The notes: generated from the letters alone by a model not told the origin. DNA of 64,000 nt from Gammaproteobacteria bacterium (GCA_965222155.1 CBDCTH010000012.1:2048001-2112000), one strand, 5' to 3'. Shown: positions 28,999-39,561, numbered from the stretch's first letter. Translations and numbers: made by a program.

Positions 28999-31900
28999 GT
29001 GATGCGAATCATGCGCGGCTCCACCGCCTTCTCACAATTCCGGATCGAGAAAAAGCTGGCCGAACTGTCACGGATTCTGCCCGGTATCCGTAAGGCGCGG
29101 GCCGAATTTATCCATTTCCTGGATATTGATGATCCTTTGACCTCCCGGCAAGAGGAGCAGCTGGCCGAATTGCTCACTTATGGGCAACCGGCAAATGTCG
29201 CTGTTGCCATGCCGCCCGCCTGTATTGTTATTCCCAGGCCGGGGATGATTTCCCCCTGGTCCAGCAAGGCAACAGATATCCTGCATCATTGTGGCCTAGC
29301 GGCATTGAAAAGAATTGAACGCGGAACCTGCTGGTATCTCGAAAACAGCGATGGTCAACGGGTGAGCAGCACGCAACTGGATAAGATTAAACACCATCTG
29401 TACGATCAGATGACTCAAGTCGTTATTGGGGATGTCAATGAGGCAACGTCTCTTTTTGCCGCCCGGGAAGCCGGCAAGCTGACACATATCCGTCTTGGCG
29501 CTGACGGCAAGGCAGCGTTGCAGGATGCCAACGCGACATTGGGACTGGCTTTATCCGAACAGGAAATTGATTACCTGTACGACGCATACAGCAGGCTGGA
29601 ACGGGACCCAACGGACGTGGAACTGATGACCTTCGCGCAGGTGAACTCGGAGCATTGCCGTCATAAGATTTTTAATGCGGAGTGGATCATAGACGACGAA
29701 ACCAGGACAAAAAGCCTGTTTGACCTGATCAGGGACACCCATGCAGCACATCCGGGCCGGGTGCTGGCCGCCTATTCAGATAATGCTGCGGTGATGCGCG
29801 GACACCATGCCGCGCGCTTCTTTGCCTCGCCGCTGGATCATAAATACCGTTATGAACAGGAAGATGTACATATTGTGATGAAGGTGGAGACCCATAATCA
29901 CCCTACCGCGATCTCGCCGTTTCCGGGTGCTGCCACCGGTTCCGGCGGCGAGATTCGCGATGAGGCCGCAACCGGTTGCGGGGCCAGGCCGAAAGCCGGG
30001 TTCACGGGGTTTACCGTTTCCAACCTGAATATACCGGCATTGCCGCAAGCCTGGGAGCGGGCACCGGACAAGCCTGACCACCTTGCTTCTCCACTGGACA
30101 TCATGCTGGAAGGACCTATCGGCGCAGCGTCATACAACAATGAGTTCGGCCGCCCTGCCCTTGCCGGCTATTTCCGCACGTTTGAGCAGGCCGACGAACG
30201 CTCAGGCAACATCCGCGGTTACCATAAACCCATCATGCTGGCCGGCGGCTATGGCGCCATCCGGCCGCGCCACGTCAACAAAAACACTCTTCCATCGGGC
30301 AGTAAAATCGTCGTTCTGGGCGGCCCGGCAATGCTGATCGGCCTCGGTGGCGGCGCGGCCTCCTCCGTGGACTCCGGCGCAGGCAAGCAGGAACTGGATT
30401 TCGCTTCCGTGCAACGGGATAACGCGGAAATGCAGCGCCGTTGCCAGGAAGTCATCGATCAATGCTGGGCGCTGGGCGCGGCGAACCCGATATTGTCGAT
30501 CCACGACGTGGGCGCAGGCGGTCTGTCCAATGCACTGCCCGAACTGGTCCACCAGGGTGATACTGGCGCCGTGTTTGATTTACGGGCAGTCCATAGCGCC
30601 GACCTGGGCATGTCACCGATGGAATTATGGTGTAATGAGTCCCAGGAGAGATACGTCCTGGCTATTGCCGCCAAGGATGCGGGGTTGTTCGGCTCCCTGT
30701 GCGAGCGGGAGCGGGCGCCGTACGCAATCATCGGCGAGACGAATAACAGCGGACGCCTGCTGGTCACTGATAACCAATCCGGCACTGTTCCCATCGACGT
30801 GCCCCTTGAGATGATACTCGGCAAAACTCCCGGGCTGTCGTTCCGGGTAAAGGCATACCCGGGCGCCCGGGAAACGCGCAGACCGGATGCTATTTCCCTG
30901 GACGAGGCCATAGCCCGGGTGCTGCAAGTACCGGCCGTGTCTGATAAACGTTTCCTGATCACTATCGGTGACCGCAGTGTATCCGGCCTGGTGGTCCGTG
31001 ACCAGATGGTAGGGCCGTGGCAAACCCCGGTTGCGGACTGTGCGGTTACCGCGTCCTCATTCGGCGCCTTTACCGGCGAGGCCATGGCCCTGGGAGAACG
31101 CCCACCGGTCGCCGTCAGCAACGCACCGGCGTCCGGACGGCTGGCCGTCGCGGAGGCCCTGACAAACATCTGCTCCACCCGCATCCTGCGTCTGGAGGAC
31201 GTGGCCCTGTCCGCAAACTGGATGGCAGCCAGCGGCGATGCGGAAGAAAAAGCAGCCTTGTACGCCACCGTCGAGGCCGTATCGATGCTGGCACAGCAGT
31301 TAGGCATAGCTATCCCGGTGGGCAAGGATTCAATGTCGATGAGCGTGGCATGGACGCAAACAGGCCGGGAGAAACGGGTAACGTCGCCGCTATCGCTGAA
31401 CGTCACCGCTTTTGCCGCCGTCGCAGACATTCGCAAGACTTTGACGCCACAGTTACAGAGGTTGGATGACTCCGCGCTGTTGCTGATTGACCTGGGCATG
31501 GGAAAAAACCGCCTGGGCGGCTCTGCCCTGGCGCAGGTGACGCAGCAGACCGGCCTGGCCACCCCCGACCTGGACGAGCCGGCCCTGTTAACGGCCTGTT
31601 TCAACGGGGTCCAGTTGCTGAATGAAACCGGCTATATCCTGGCCTACCATGATCGTTCGGACGGAGGCGTCTTCACTACCCTGTGCGAAATGGCATTTGC
31701 CGGCCGTTGCGGCCTGGACGTCCATACCGGCAATACCGGCCTGCAGGCGTTCCTGTTCAACGAAGAACCCGGGATCGTGCTGCAGATCCCCACGGAACAC
31801 CTGCAGACGGTACAGGAAACCCTGCTTCAATCCGGCCTTCCCGAGGCCTGCCTGTCGGTAGTTGCCAGTCCGAACGGGGATAACGAAGTGCGCATCAGAC

Positions 31901-32985
31901 ATCAGGACAAGGTGGTCTACACAGCCGCGATAAATCAACTGCACCGGCTCTGGTCGCTGACTTCGTACCATATACAGGCATTACGGGATAATCCTGCCTG
32001 CGCTGAAGAGGAGTTTGCCTGTCTGCAGGACGACACCGACCCGGGCTTGTCAATCATGCCCACTTATCAGGTCAGTTCCATTCCGACCACACATCCACAT
32101 ATCGAGCATCCACCTTACCATTCCCGCGCAAGCGGGAATCCAGTAAGCGGGCATTCCTTATATACGGATAACCATTCCACTGGATTCCGGGTCAAGCCCG
32201 GAATGGCGACGGCAATTAATACCTGTCGGCCCGCCGTGGGGATTTTGCGGGAACAGGGTGTCAACGGCCATATTGAGATGGCCGCAGCGTTTGAACGTGC
32301 GGGCTTTGACTGCATCGATATCAATATGAACGACCTGATAACCCGGTCTGCGTCACTGGACAAACTGGCCGGCCTGGTGGCCTGCGGCGGTTTTTCCTAC
32401 GGCGACGTCCTGGGCGCCGGCGGCGGCTGGGCAAAATCCATACTGTACAATGACCACCTGAGGGATGAGTTTGAGCGCTTCTTCAAGCGCGCCGACAGCT
32501 TCGGCCTGGGCGTCTGCAATGGCTGCCAGATGCTGTCCCGCCTGCGCAGTATCATACCCGGCGCCGGTCATTGGCCGGATTTCGAGCGCAATCGGTCCGA
32601 GCAGTTTGAATCCCGGGTGGTCATGGTCGAGATCGTCGACTCGCCTTCGCTGTTCTTTAAAGGCATGGCCGGATCGAAAATGCCCATCGTGGTTGCCCAT
32701 GGGGAAGGGCGCGCGGTGTTTAACGAAGACCGGCAACGAGCGCAGGCCGTATTACGGTTTGTCGATAATCGGGGAGAAGTGACGGAAACATACCCGTATA
32801 ATCCCAACGGCTCAAGCCGGGGCCTGACGGGATTCACCAGCGACGACGGGCGCTTTACCATATTGATGCCGCACCCGGAACGGGTATTCCTGACACAACA
32901 GCTATCCTGGATTGCCCAGGATCAGCCCGGCGCCGATAGCCCCTGGATGCAGATGTTCTATAATGCACGGAAATGGCTCGGTTAG
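28999..32985 (+). CDS. purL: Phosphoribosylformylglycinamidine synthase (large PurL) with in-frame palindromic insertion
   Basis: NSEHCRHKIFN, KVETHNHPTAI, HDVGAGG, GVCNGCQ, MPHPER. Confidence 0.98.
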   Translation: MMRIMRGSTAFSQFRIEKKLAELSRILPGIRKARAEFIHFLDIDDPLTSRQEEQLAELLTYGQPANVAVAMPPACIVIPRPGMISPWSSKATDILHHCGLAALKRIERGTCWYLENSDGQRVSSTQLDKIKHHLYDQMTQVVIGDVNEATSLFAAREAGKLTHIRLGADGKAALQDANATLGLALSEQEIDYLYDAYSRLERDPTDVELMTFAQVNSEHCRHKIFNAEWIIDDETRTKSLFDLIRDTHAAHPGRVLAAYSDNAAVMRGHHAARFFASPLDHKYRYEQEDVHIVMKVETHNHPTAISPFPGAATGSGGEIRDEAATGCGARPKAGFTGFTVSNLNIPALPQAWERAPDKPDHLASPLDIMLEGPIGAASYNNEFGRPALAGYFRTFEQADERSGNIRGYHKPIMLAGGYGAIRPRHVNKNTLPSGSKIVVLGGPAMLIGLGGGAASSVDSGAGKQELDFASVQRDNAEMQRRCQEVIDQCWALGAANPILSIHDVGAGGLSNALPELVHQGDTGAVFDLRAVHSADLGMSPMELWCNESQERYVLAIAAKDAGLFGSLCERERAPYAIIGETNNSGRLLVTDNQSGTVPIDVPLEMILGKTPGLSFRVKAYPGARETRRPDAISLDEAIARVLQVPAVSDKRFLITIGDRSVSGLVVRDQMVGPWQTPVADCAVTASSFGAFTGEAMALGERPPVAVSNAPASGRLAVAEALTNICSTRILRLEDVALSANWMAASGDAEEKAALYATVEAVSMLAQQLGIAIPVGKDSMSMSVAWTQTGREKRVTSPLSLNVTAFAAVADIRKTLTPQLQRLDDSALLLIDLGMGKNRLGGSALAQVTQQTGLATPDLDEPALLTACFNGVQLLNETGYILAYHDRSDGGVFTTLCEMAFAGRCGLDVHTGNTGLQAFLFNEEPGIVLQIPTEHLQTVQETLLQSGLPEACLSVVASPNGDNEVRIRHQDKVVYTAAINQLHRLWSLTSYHIQALRDNPACAEEEFACLQDDTDPGLSIMPTYQVSSIPTTHPHIEHPPYHSRASGNPVSGHSLYTDNHSTGFRVKPGMATAINTCRPAVGILREQGVNGHIEMAAAFERAGFDCIDINMNDLITRSASLDKLAGLVACGGFSYGDVLGAGGGWAKSILYNDHLRDEFERFFKRADSFGLGVCNGCQMLSRLRSIIPGAGHWPDFERNRSEQFESRVVMVEIVDSPSLFFKGMAGSKMPIVVAHGEGRAVFNEDRQRAQAVLRFVDNRGEVTETYPYNPNGSSRGLTGFTSDDGRFTILMPHPERVFLTQQLSWIAQDQPGADSPWMQMFYNARKWLG
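32119..32206. repeat. Palindromic element inserted in frame within purL
   Basis: cattcccgcgcaagcgggaatccagt ... actggattccgggtcaagcccggaatgg. Confidence 0.85.
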
Positions 32986-33081
32986 TACGAGAACTTTTAA
33001 ACCAGTTTGTAGTCAATAATAGAAATGTTTTTAAATTGTCACAGAAATCTCTGTGGCCAAAATTAACGCCAGGCGAATACC

Positions 33082-34029
33082 ATGCTGATAAAGACACCGG
33101 ACCCGATCAAACCTTCCGAGATCACGGACCGGCAACTCTACCTGAACAGGCGTAAATTCATCAGCAATGGTGCGAAATTCGGCATGGCCGGCGCCTTGCT
33201 CAACGCGGTGTCCGTAACAGACGCCCTGGCCGGAACAAAATTGTCTCCAGTAAAAAACAATGAATTCTCCACGGAAGAGGAGTTGACGCCATATGACGCA
33301 GTCACCCGCTACAACAACTTTTATGAATTCGGCACCCACAAACGCGACCCGTCCGAAAACGCCGGTAAATTCAAACCGCAACCCTGGTCGGTAGTTATTG
33401 ACGGCGAATGCATGAAGCCCGGCACGTATACGTATGAAGACATCATCCAGCCCCACCAGTTGCAGGAGCGCATCTACCGTTTACGTTGCGTCGAAGCCTG
33501 GTCCATGGTCATCCCCTGGGTGGGCATCCCGCTGGCAGACGTGCTGAAACGATTTGAGCCCACGTCACAGGCGAAATACGTGGCATTTACCACCGTCATG
33601 CGCCCGGACGAGATGCCCGGTCTCAGGCGCAGGGTGCTGGACTGGCCCTACCGCGAGGGCTTGCGCATTGACGAAGCCATGCATCCGCTGACCCTGCTGA
33701 CCGTCGGCCTGTACGGCGAGGTGTTGCCGAACCAGAACGGTGCGCCCATGCGCCTGATCGTACCCTGGAAATACGGCTTCAAAAGTGTTAAATCCATCGT
33801 CAGGATAGAATTCACCGGCAAACGACCGGATACTTCCTGGAATATGTCGGCCCCGCAGGAATATGGATTTTATTCCAACGTCAATCCGGAAGTGGATCAC
33901 CCGCGCTGGGGCCAGCGCAAGGAACGCCGTATTGGTGATTTCTTCAAGCGCGACACCCTGATGTTCAACGGTTACGGCGAGCAGGTGGCGGCACTCTACA
34001 GCGGTATGGACTTGCGGAAAAATTATTGA
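33082..34029 (+). CDS. msrP: Protein-methionine-sulfoxide reductase catalytic subunit
   Basis: Tat motif [35 protein letters not shown]. Confidence 0.97.
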   Translation: MLIKTPDPIKPSEITDRQLYLNRRKFISNGAKFGMAGALLNAVSVTDALAGTKLSPVKNNEFSTEEELTPYDAVTRYNNFYEFGTHKRDPSENAGKFKPQPWSVVIDGECMKPGTYTYEDIIQPHQLQERIYRLRCVEAWSMVIPWVGIPLADVLKRFEPTSQAKYVAFTTVMRPDEMPGLRRRVLDWPYREGLRIDEAMHPLTLLTVGLYGEVLPNQNGAPMRLIVPWKYGFKSVKSIVRIEFTGKRPDTSWNMSAPQEYGFYSNVNPEVDHPRWGQRKERRIGDFFKRDTLMFNGYGEQVAALYSGMDLRKNY

Positions 34030-34691
34030 TGAGCATACGCTGGCACAAGCCCACCCTGTTCCTGCTCTGTTCGATCCCGTTCTGCGTACTGGTCTACAAC
34101 GGCTTTACCGATAACCTGACTGCCAACCCGATCAAGGAGATCACGCATTTTACCGGTGGCTGGGCACTGAAATTCCTGCTCATCACCTTATCCATCACCC
34201 CGTTGCGGAAAATTATCCGCAAGAATTCACTGATCCGGTTCCGCAGGATGCTGGGCCTGTTCGCGTTTTTTTACGCCAGCCTGCACTTCTCCACCTACCT
34301 GGTGCTGGACCAGTTTTTCGACTGGGGCGAGATTGTCCGCGACGTGGCGAAGCGGCCTTATATCACCGTCGGCTTCACTGCTTTCGTATTACTGATCCCG
34401 CTGGCGGTCACGTCCACGAATAAGATGGTGCAGCGCCTGGGAAACAACTGGCGCAGACTCCATAAATTAATCTACCCCAGCGCCATCCTGGTCATCCTCC
34501 ACTACCTCTGGCTGGTCAAGGCTGATATCCTGCCTCCGGTCATCTACGGCCTTATCCTGTGCCTGTTGCTCGCCCTGCGTTCGCCCAGGCTGAAGCTGGA
34601 CAGGATAAGAAATCTGGCAATGATGCGAATACCGGACAACGCAATGCATACTCGAAACACAGAGACATACCCGACGAATGAGACGCCCTAA
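34029..34691 (+). CDS. msrQ: Sulfoxide reductase heme-binding subunit
   Basis: RRMLGLFAFFY, KRPYITVG, WRRLHKLIY; coupled to msrP. Confidence 0.95.
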   Translation: MSIRWHKPTLFLLCSIPFCVLVYNGFTDNLTANPIKEITHFTGGWALKFLLITLSITPLRKIIRKNSLIRFRRMLGLFAFFYASLHFSTYLVLDQFFDWGEIVRDVAKRPYITVGFTAFVLLIPLAVTSTNKMVQRLGNNWRRLHKLIYPSAILVILHYLWLVKADILPPVIYGLILCLLLALRSPRLKLDRIRNLAMMRIPDNAMHTRNTETYPTNETP

Positions 34692-35223
34692 ACCTGATCC
34701 AGGTGAGATTGAACTGTTCCGGCGCTCCGTCGGCGACGTCACACCGATAAAATACGACAAGGTACAGCATCAACCGGATAAACCCGCGCCCGAAGCGGTG
34801 CAAAGAATGGCTGATGAAGCCGCAGTCATCAAAGAGATGGCTGACGGCTTTTTTGACACCGAGGCGGCAGAAACCGGGGATGAACTCCTGTACAAAAGGT
34901 CGGGAATTCAAGACAAGGTATTCAGAAAACTGCGCCGGGGACAATTCGCCATCTCTGGGGAACTGGATCTGCATGGATTCAGAGTACAGGATGCCAAAGA
35001 CAGCCTGTCCGACTTTCTCAAACAATGCATAAACCGTAACCGGCGGTGCGTGCGGATCATCCACGGCAAGGGACTGCGCTCAAAACAGGGCAGACCAACC
35101 ATTAAAAGCCTGATTGGTAAATGGTTGCAACAAAGACAGGAAGTGCTGGCTTACTGCTCGGCAAGACAGGTAGACGGCGGCACCGGGGCGATTTACGTGC
35201 TGCTCAAGAATTATCAGCGGTAA
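34678..35223 (+). CDS. Smr/MutS family endonuclease
   Basis: LDLHG, IIHGKG, GGTGAIYVLL. Confidence 0.93.
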   Translation: MRRPKPDPGEIELFRRSVGDVTPIKYDKVQHQPDKPAPEAVQRMADEAAVIKEMADGFFDTEAAETGDELLYKRSGIQDKVFRKLRRGQFAISGELDLHGFRVQDAKDSLSDFLKQCINRNRRCVRIIHGKGLRSKQGRPTIKSLIGKWLQQRQEVLAYCSARQVDGGTGAIYVLLKNYQR

Positions 35224-35234
35224 GCTGAACTATC

Positions 35235-35259
35235 GGGGACGGATTTCAAATCCGTCCCC
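35235..35259. repeat. Solo REP-like hairpin related to the MITE core; probable terminator
   Basis: ggggacggattt-c-aaatccgtcccc versus ggggacagatttaaatctgtcccc in the MITEs (compensatory changes). Confidence 0.7.
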
Positions 35260-35268
35260 TTATGCACG

Positions 35269-35478
35269 TCAGACCGGTCGGGATAAAGGGGTCAGTTTCG
35301 CCCCCAGATGGGGACAAAAGGCGTTGGCAATGCAGAGTTTCCCGTCAGTGCCGCGCCAGCCGATCACCTCATTGCCCAGCCACTGTCTGCCGACCAGCTT
35401 TCCGACCGGCATATTCCCGGATAGCTCGAAGAAATACCAGCCACTGGGAAAGGGCGTGAATGGAAATCTGCTGTTCAA
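35269..35478 (-). pseudogene. Truncated Rieske oxygenase N-terminus
   Basis: FPSGWY...CPHLGA present; second Rieske motif (CPFHGW) absent. Confidence 0.7.
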
Positions 35479-35479
35479 G

Positions 35480-35887
35480 TTAACGATCCCGTTTTATCCA
35501 GCCTTGGTGTGACGGCAGGACAAGGCACAACAGCCCCAGAAAAATATAATCCAGCATCTGGTTGACGGCTGACCACTCCTGCAGGATGTAATGACCGACC
35601 AGCAGGCTGATCATAAAGGCAAACCAGGCATACACCGTGTACGGCTTCCACCGGGTGACGACGAGGGCCAGGGCCAGACCCACCTCAATAAACGGTATGC
35701 AGGCCAGATACAGGTTCACCAGCCAAGCCGGCATTTGAAGCCGCAGGTCTCCCTGAAACAACTCCGAATAATATCCGTAAAATCCCCCGGCACTGAAGAA
35801 TTTACTGGTACCGGCGGTGAGGAGGATCACAATCATCACCAGGCGGACGATACGTTCGGCGTCTTTCAATAATACTGGATTGATCAT
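35480..35887 (-). CDS. DoxX family membrane protein
   Basis: Four TM segments, AGTSKF, IPFIEVGL. Confidence 0.7.
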   Translation of the reverse strand: MINPVLLKDAERIVRLVMIVILLTAGTSKFFSAGGFYGYYSELFQGDLRLQMPAWLVNLYLACIPFIEVGLALALVVTRWKPYTVYAWFAFMISLLVGHYILQEWSAVNQMLDYIFLGLLCLVLPSHQGWIKRDR

Positions 35888-36039
35888 TTGGGTCCTCGCG
35901 ACATTAATATGATATGCACGCAGGATTATTATAGAGGCAAGATAGGCGAGTTAGAAATGGTGCTGGAAGGGGGAATATAAATGAGTAAATAACTCGTTGA
36001 TTCTAACATTAATTATACCACGTCCCGCCTCTTTACCCT

Positions 36040-36081
36040 ACGTTTATCCCAACACGTTTATCCCAACACGTTTATCCCAAC
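36040..36081 (+). repeat. 14-bp tandem repeat x3 (possible integrase arm-type sites)
   Basis: acgtttatcccaac repeated three times exactly. Confidence 0.85.
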
Positions 36082-36428
36082 AAGATTTAAACTGATAACA
36101 GTTAAAATTCTACCTTAATACCATATCAATAACTGGCAATAATTGTACAAAAGCCTTATTCAGAATCCTGAATGGAGACCCAGTGCATACCGTCCAAGAA
36201 TTTCATGAGTAAGCAAAAATTATTTTTACGATTTTATTCTGGGGTTCTCCCAATAGGCTGATTCAGGTGCACTGATTAAGAATCTCGTTAAGATCATCCC
36301 GTGGTGGTAGAAGCTAAAACTAACTATCTTTTTGAGGACCGGCTGATTGATTATGTTTAACCGGCGATTTACACAGAAATATTTACAGTCCCCTCAAGTC
36401 TGGACAACTTGAGAGTTGAATTAAACTC

Positions 36429-36716
36429 TCAAGCCGCTTTTTTTGGCCGTGTAGTGATTTTCAGTTCCCGCCCTACCCTAGCCAGCATATTCACCAGCGC
36501 ATCAATGCTGAATTTGAAGATATGACCATGCATCAATGCGCTGACTTCAGGCTGGTTGATACCCAACAAGGTAGCAGCATCCTTCTGCTTGAGACCTTTC
36601 TTACGGATGTATTCCCGGATTTCCAGCAGTAATTCCGCACGGACTTTCATGTTGGCGGCTTCTTGTTTATCGAAACCAATATCTTCAAAGACGTTATCTG
36701 TCGTGATATTTTTCAT
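36429..36716 (-). CDS. XRE-family HTH antitoxin
   Basis: NVFEDIGF, QKDAATLLGINQPEVSAL, FSIDALV. Confidence 0.88.
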   Translation of the reverse strand: MKNITTDNVFEDIGFDKQEAANMKVRAELLLEIREYIRKKGLKQKDAATLLGINQPEVSALMHGHIFKFSIDALVNMLARVGRELKITTRPKKAA

Positions 36717-36720
36717 CGTG

Positions 36721-37044
36721 TCATCTCTTAATCTGTTTAAGCCTGTTTCTGGCAAGGTCTATGTCTTGTCTGGACGTACGCTGCGTCTTTTTACGGAATG
36801 CATGAAGTACGTAAATTGATTCGCTGAATTTGGCTATATAAATCACCCGGTATTGTCCTTCATACTGGACACGGATTTCCCTTACACCCTGACCGATACT
36901 GTTTATGGGCTTCCAATCAGAAGGATCATAACCTGACTGTACGGCCATCAGTTCAGCGCCGACTACCTGTCTGGCCTTATCCGGGAAAGCTTTTACATCT
37001 TCCCTGGACGTACCTAACCACATAATCGGCTTTATATTCGACAT
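36721..37044 (-). CDS. RelE/ParE (Gp49-like) toxin
   Basis: PSDWKP, GVREIRV, YRVIY, VLHAFRKKTQRT. Confidence 0.9.
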   Translation of the reverse strand: MSNIKPIMWLGTSREDVKAFPDKARQVVGAELMAVQSGYDPSDWKPINSIGQGVREIRVQYEGQYRVIYIAKFSESIYVLHAFRKKTQRTSRQDIDLARNRLKQIKR

Positions 37045-37290
37045 GCTGAATTATAGAAAATTATCTATACGGTAGTCAAGGAAATAGACCCAATTATCGT
37101 GTAAGCGATATACGGAGGGGGCTAGTGTATCCCTCATTGGCATTTGTATCTTTATTGCAGGAAGTCTCTCACACGTTACGAAGCCCGCTTCAGCAGTGAG
37201 TACGTCCTGTAAATTTATAGAACCTGAGGAGATTTTCGGGTCTCTTGCCAGGGAACGCTGAGACATGCCGACATAATATTAATTCGATAT

Positions 37291-37430
37291 TAATAATTAA
37301 TATGATGTATTTTAGCAAATATACAATATGAATAATGTATTTTTATGAATATACAATTTATATAATGTATTTTAGTTGATATACAATTAATTTATTGTAT
37401 AATCATTATTAAACTATTAATATATTGTCT
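37291..37430. promoter_or_regulatory. Array of five HipB-type operators, 30-bp period
   Basis: 20-bp imperfect palindromes ATACAAT-N6-ATTGTAT at 37291, 37321, 37351, 37381, 37411, each separated by 10 bp. Confidence 0.8.
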
Positions 37431-37455
37431 ACGTTGAATAACCTGGTTAGCCACC

Positions 37456-37791
37456 ATGAAAACACTGATCGAACTTTCTTCCGAACTTGAGAAGCGCCGG
37501 CGCGCTCTGGGGTTGAATCAATCGGATATGCTGATGAAAATCGGCATGTCACAGCAGCAATACCAGCGGGTTGAGGTCGGCCATGACATACGGGTTTCCA
37601 CCCTTTTACGTGTACTGGAAGGCATGGGTCTGGAACTCCTTCTGGCGCCCCGCGAGCAGGTTCGACACCTGGAAAATATGCTGCAACCAGGTGAGCATGA
37701 CTATGACATCATGCCTGCTGATGCTGATTGGCAGGATGAGGTCAAAGAATCCTCATGGTCCTCTATGTTGAAAGAATTTGAGGATGAATAA
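37456..37791 (+). CDS. hipB: HipB-like HTH antitoxin
   Basis: XRE HTH (GLNQSD...GMSQQQYQRVE), acidic Trp-containing tail, upstream of hipA. Confidence 0.8.
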   Translation: MKTLIELSSELEKRRRALGLNQSDMLMKIGMSQQQYQRVEVGHDIRVSTLLRVLEGMGLELLLAPREQVRHLENMLQPGEHDYDIMPADADWQDEVKESSWSSMLKEFEDE

Positions 37792-37793
37792 CA

Positions 37794-39062
37794 ATGGAAG
37801 CGACGAACCGGCTGGTAGAATCCGCAGCAGCGTTGCAACTGACACTGCACGGACAGAGGGTCGGAATACTCACCCATTACACCGGCGACAAGAACATATT
37901 AACCTTCGACCCGGAATACAAGGCCTTACGGGAGCAAAACCGGCCAATAATGACGCTGACTCAAAGGATGAACCCGAACTACCTGGACAGGGTGTTGGTG
38001 AGTTCTCAGAGAGTTCCGGCCGTCTTGTCCAATTTGTTGCCAGAAGGCGCGCTGCGGGAACTGCTATCGGGAGCATTGAAAATTCATCCCACAAACGAGT
38101 TCCCTTTACTGGCATGGGTTGGCAACAACCTGCCTGGGGCTATCGTTGCAGCGCCTGTGCCGGCCGGTGAGATTCCTGTCTGGGCTTTGTCTGCGAGGAG
38201 CCGGACAGAGGCGGTTCAAATTGACGTTAAGGGAGTTGCGCAAAAGTTTTCACTCGCCGGTATTCAAATGAAATTTTCCACCATCCGGCAGGATGTACGT
38301 TACAACATCAGCGCTGAGATAGGGGATGACAATTGGATTGTCAAAACGCCATCCACAATGCACAGGAACGTGCCGGAAAACGAATACAGTGCTATGAAAC
38401 TGGCCAAATCCATAGGCGTGGATATGCCCGAGATTGCGCTCATTTCCCTGGATTCACTGGATAACCTGCCCGCAATCCAATTGCCTGACGAAGCGCATGC
38501 TTACGCCATCCACCGTTTTGACCGTCGGCCCCGGAGTCGTATCCATACGGAAGATTTTGCCCAGGTATTCGAGTTTTTCGCTCACGATAAGTATGGAAAG
38601 ACCAATTACGAACAGGTTGCCAGCGCACTATATCGTTATGGCGCGGGCGGGTTGGGAGATATCCAGCAAATGGCCCGTCGCCTGCTGGCGAATATCCTGC
38701 TGGCTAACGGCGATGCCCATTTGAAGAATTGGTCTCTGATTTACCCCGATGCCGTCAACCCGAAGCTGGCCCCGGCGTACGACATCGTGTCGACGCTGCC
38801 GTACGTCCCGGGCGAAACCGGCATCGCGTTGAACCTTGGCAAACAGAAAAAGTGGTATTCCATGAGTTTGCAGGCTTTTCAGACCTGGAGTAAACGGATA
38901 GGCGTCCCGTGGCCTGCCGTGAAAGCGCATTTGCTTGATGCTCTGACGGCAGCCCGTGACTTGTGGCCCGGGATGTTAGAGGACCTGCCCATGCAGGAAC
39001 TACATAAGGAAATCCTCAGGTCCCATTGGTCGAAGCTTTCGGCGGATTTTAAATTGTCGTAG
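37794..39062 (+). CDS. hipA: HipA family kinase toxin
   Basis: NLLPEG, SLAGIQMK, ENEY, RFDR, NGDAHLKNWS, LAPAYD. Confidence 0.95.
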   Translation: MEATNRLVESAAALQLTLHGQRVGILTHYTGDKNILTFDPEYKALREQNRPIMTLTQRMNPNYLDRVLVSSQRVPAVLSNLLPEGALRELLSGALKIHPTNEFPLLAWVGNNLPGAIVAAPVPAGEIPVWALSARSRTEAVQIDVKGVAQKFSLAGIQMKFSTIRQDVRYNISAEIGDDNWIVKTPSTMHRNVPENEYSAMKLAKSIGVDMPEIALISLDSLDNLPAIQLPDEAHAYAIHRFDRRPRSRIHTEDFAQVFEFFAHDKYGKTNYEQVASALYRYGAGGLGDIQQMARRLLANILLANGDAHLKNWSLIYPDAVNPKLAPAYDIVSTLPYVPGETGIALNLGKQKKWYSMSLQAFQTWSKRIGVPWPAVKAHLLDALTAARDLWPGMLEDLPMQELHKEILRSHWSKLSADFKLS

Positions 39063-39287
39063 CTTTACCTTACAGTATTCTTGTTGAATACTTCCATGTT
39101 GTGTGCCTATAAATTCAGTTTCCAGTTCAGGCATGCCATCTTCCAGCAACATGGCAATGACTTCCTGCAAGTTTTTGTTCAGTTCATCCAAGGTTTTTCC
39201 CTGAGAATGGGCGCCCATAAAACCTGGCACATAGCCTACATACAGCCCCGTTTCTTTGCAGTGCTCGACAACTGCCGTAAAATTCAT
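39000..39287 (-). CDS. HicB family antitoxin (orphan, aberrant C-terminus)
   Basis: GLYVGYVPGFMGAHSQGKTLDELNKNLQEVIAMLLE; reads antisense into the hipA 3' end; no hicA. Confidence 0.78.
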   Translation of the reverse strand: MNFTAVVEHCKETGLYVGYVPGFMGAHSQGKTLDELNKNLQEVIAMLLEDGMPELETEFIGTQHGSIQQEYCKVKLRQFKIRRKLRPMGPEDFLM

Positions 39288-39419
39288 GTTAATACCTCAT
39301 TACTCTCAGATAGGGTCAGACAAAATTCAGACGCCTGATATAGGATAGATGATCCGAGTGTACACATCAATGTGTGTGATATTAGTGTGTGTATGCACAC
39401 TGATAGTGGTGTGGTTTTG

Positions 39420-39560
39420 TGCCAGAAAGACTATCGCGGCGTGGGGAGACCACTGCAACCATGTACGGCCACACAGCTCTTTGGGCAATATACCGCCAGC
39501 TGTGTTCGCCCAGAGGGCAGCATGATTTGATCCATTTTCCCTCAACTGCTGTGGGACTGA
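39420..39560 (+). mobile_element. IS3-family transposase C-terminal remnant
   Basis: IAAWGDHCNHVRPHSSLGNIPPAVFAQRAA* matches the IS3 YN..RPHSSLG tail. Confidence 0.7.
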
Positions 39561-39561
39561 T

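Noticed and set aside
37051-37266. 71-aa ORF with an HTH-like start
   Set aside because: No sustained similarity or RBS; cannot be supported.
37291-37430. 30-bp periodic AT-rich array as CRISPR or replication iterons
   Set aside because: Spacers are only 10 bp, units are palindromic and sit directly upstream of hipB, and no rep gene is present; operators fit better.
39357-39401. GT/AC-rich stretch upstream of hicB
   Set aside because: Short imperfect palindromes only; may be an operator but is indistinguishable from low-complexity sequence.
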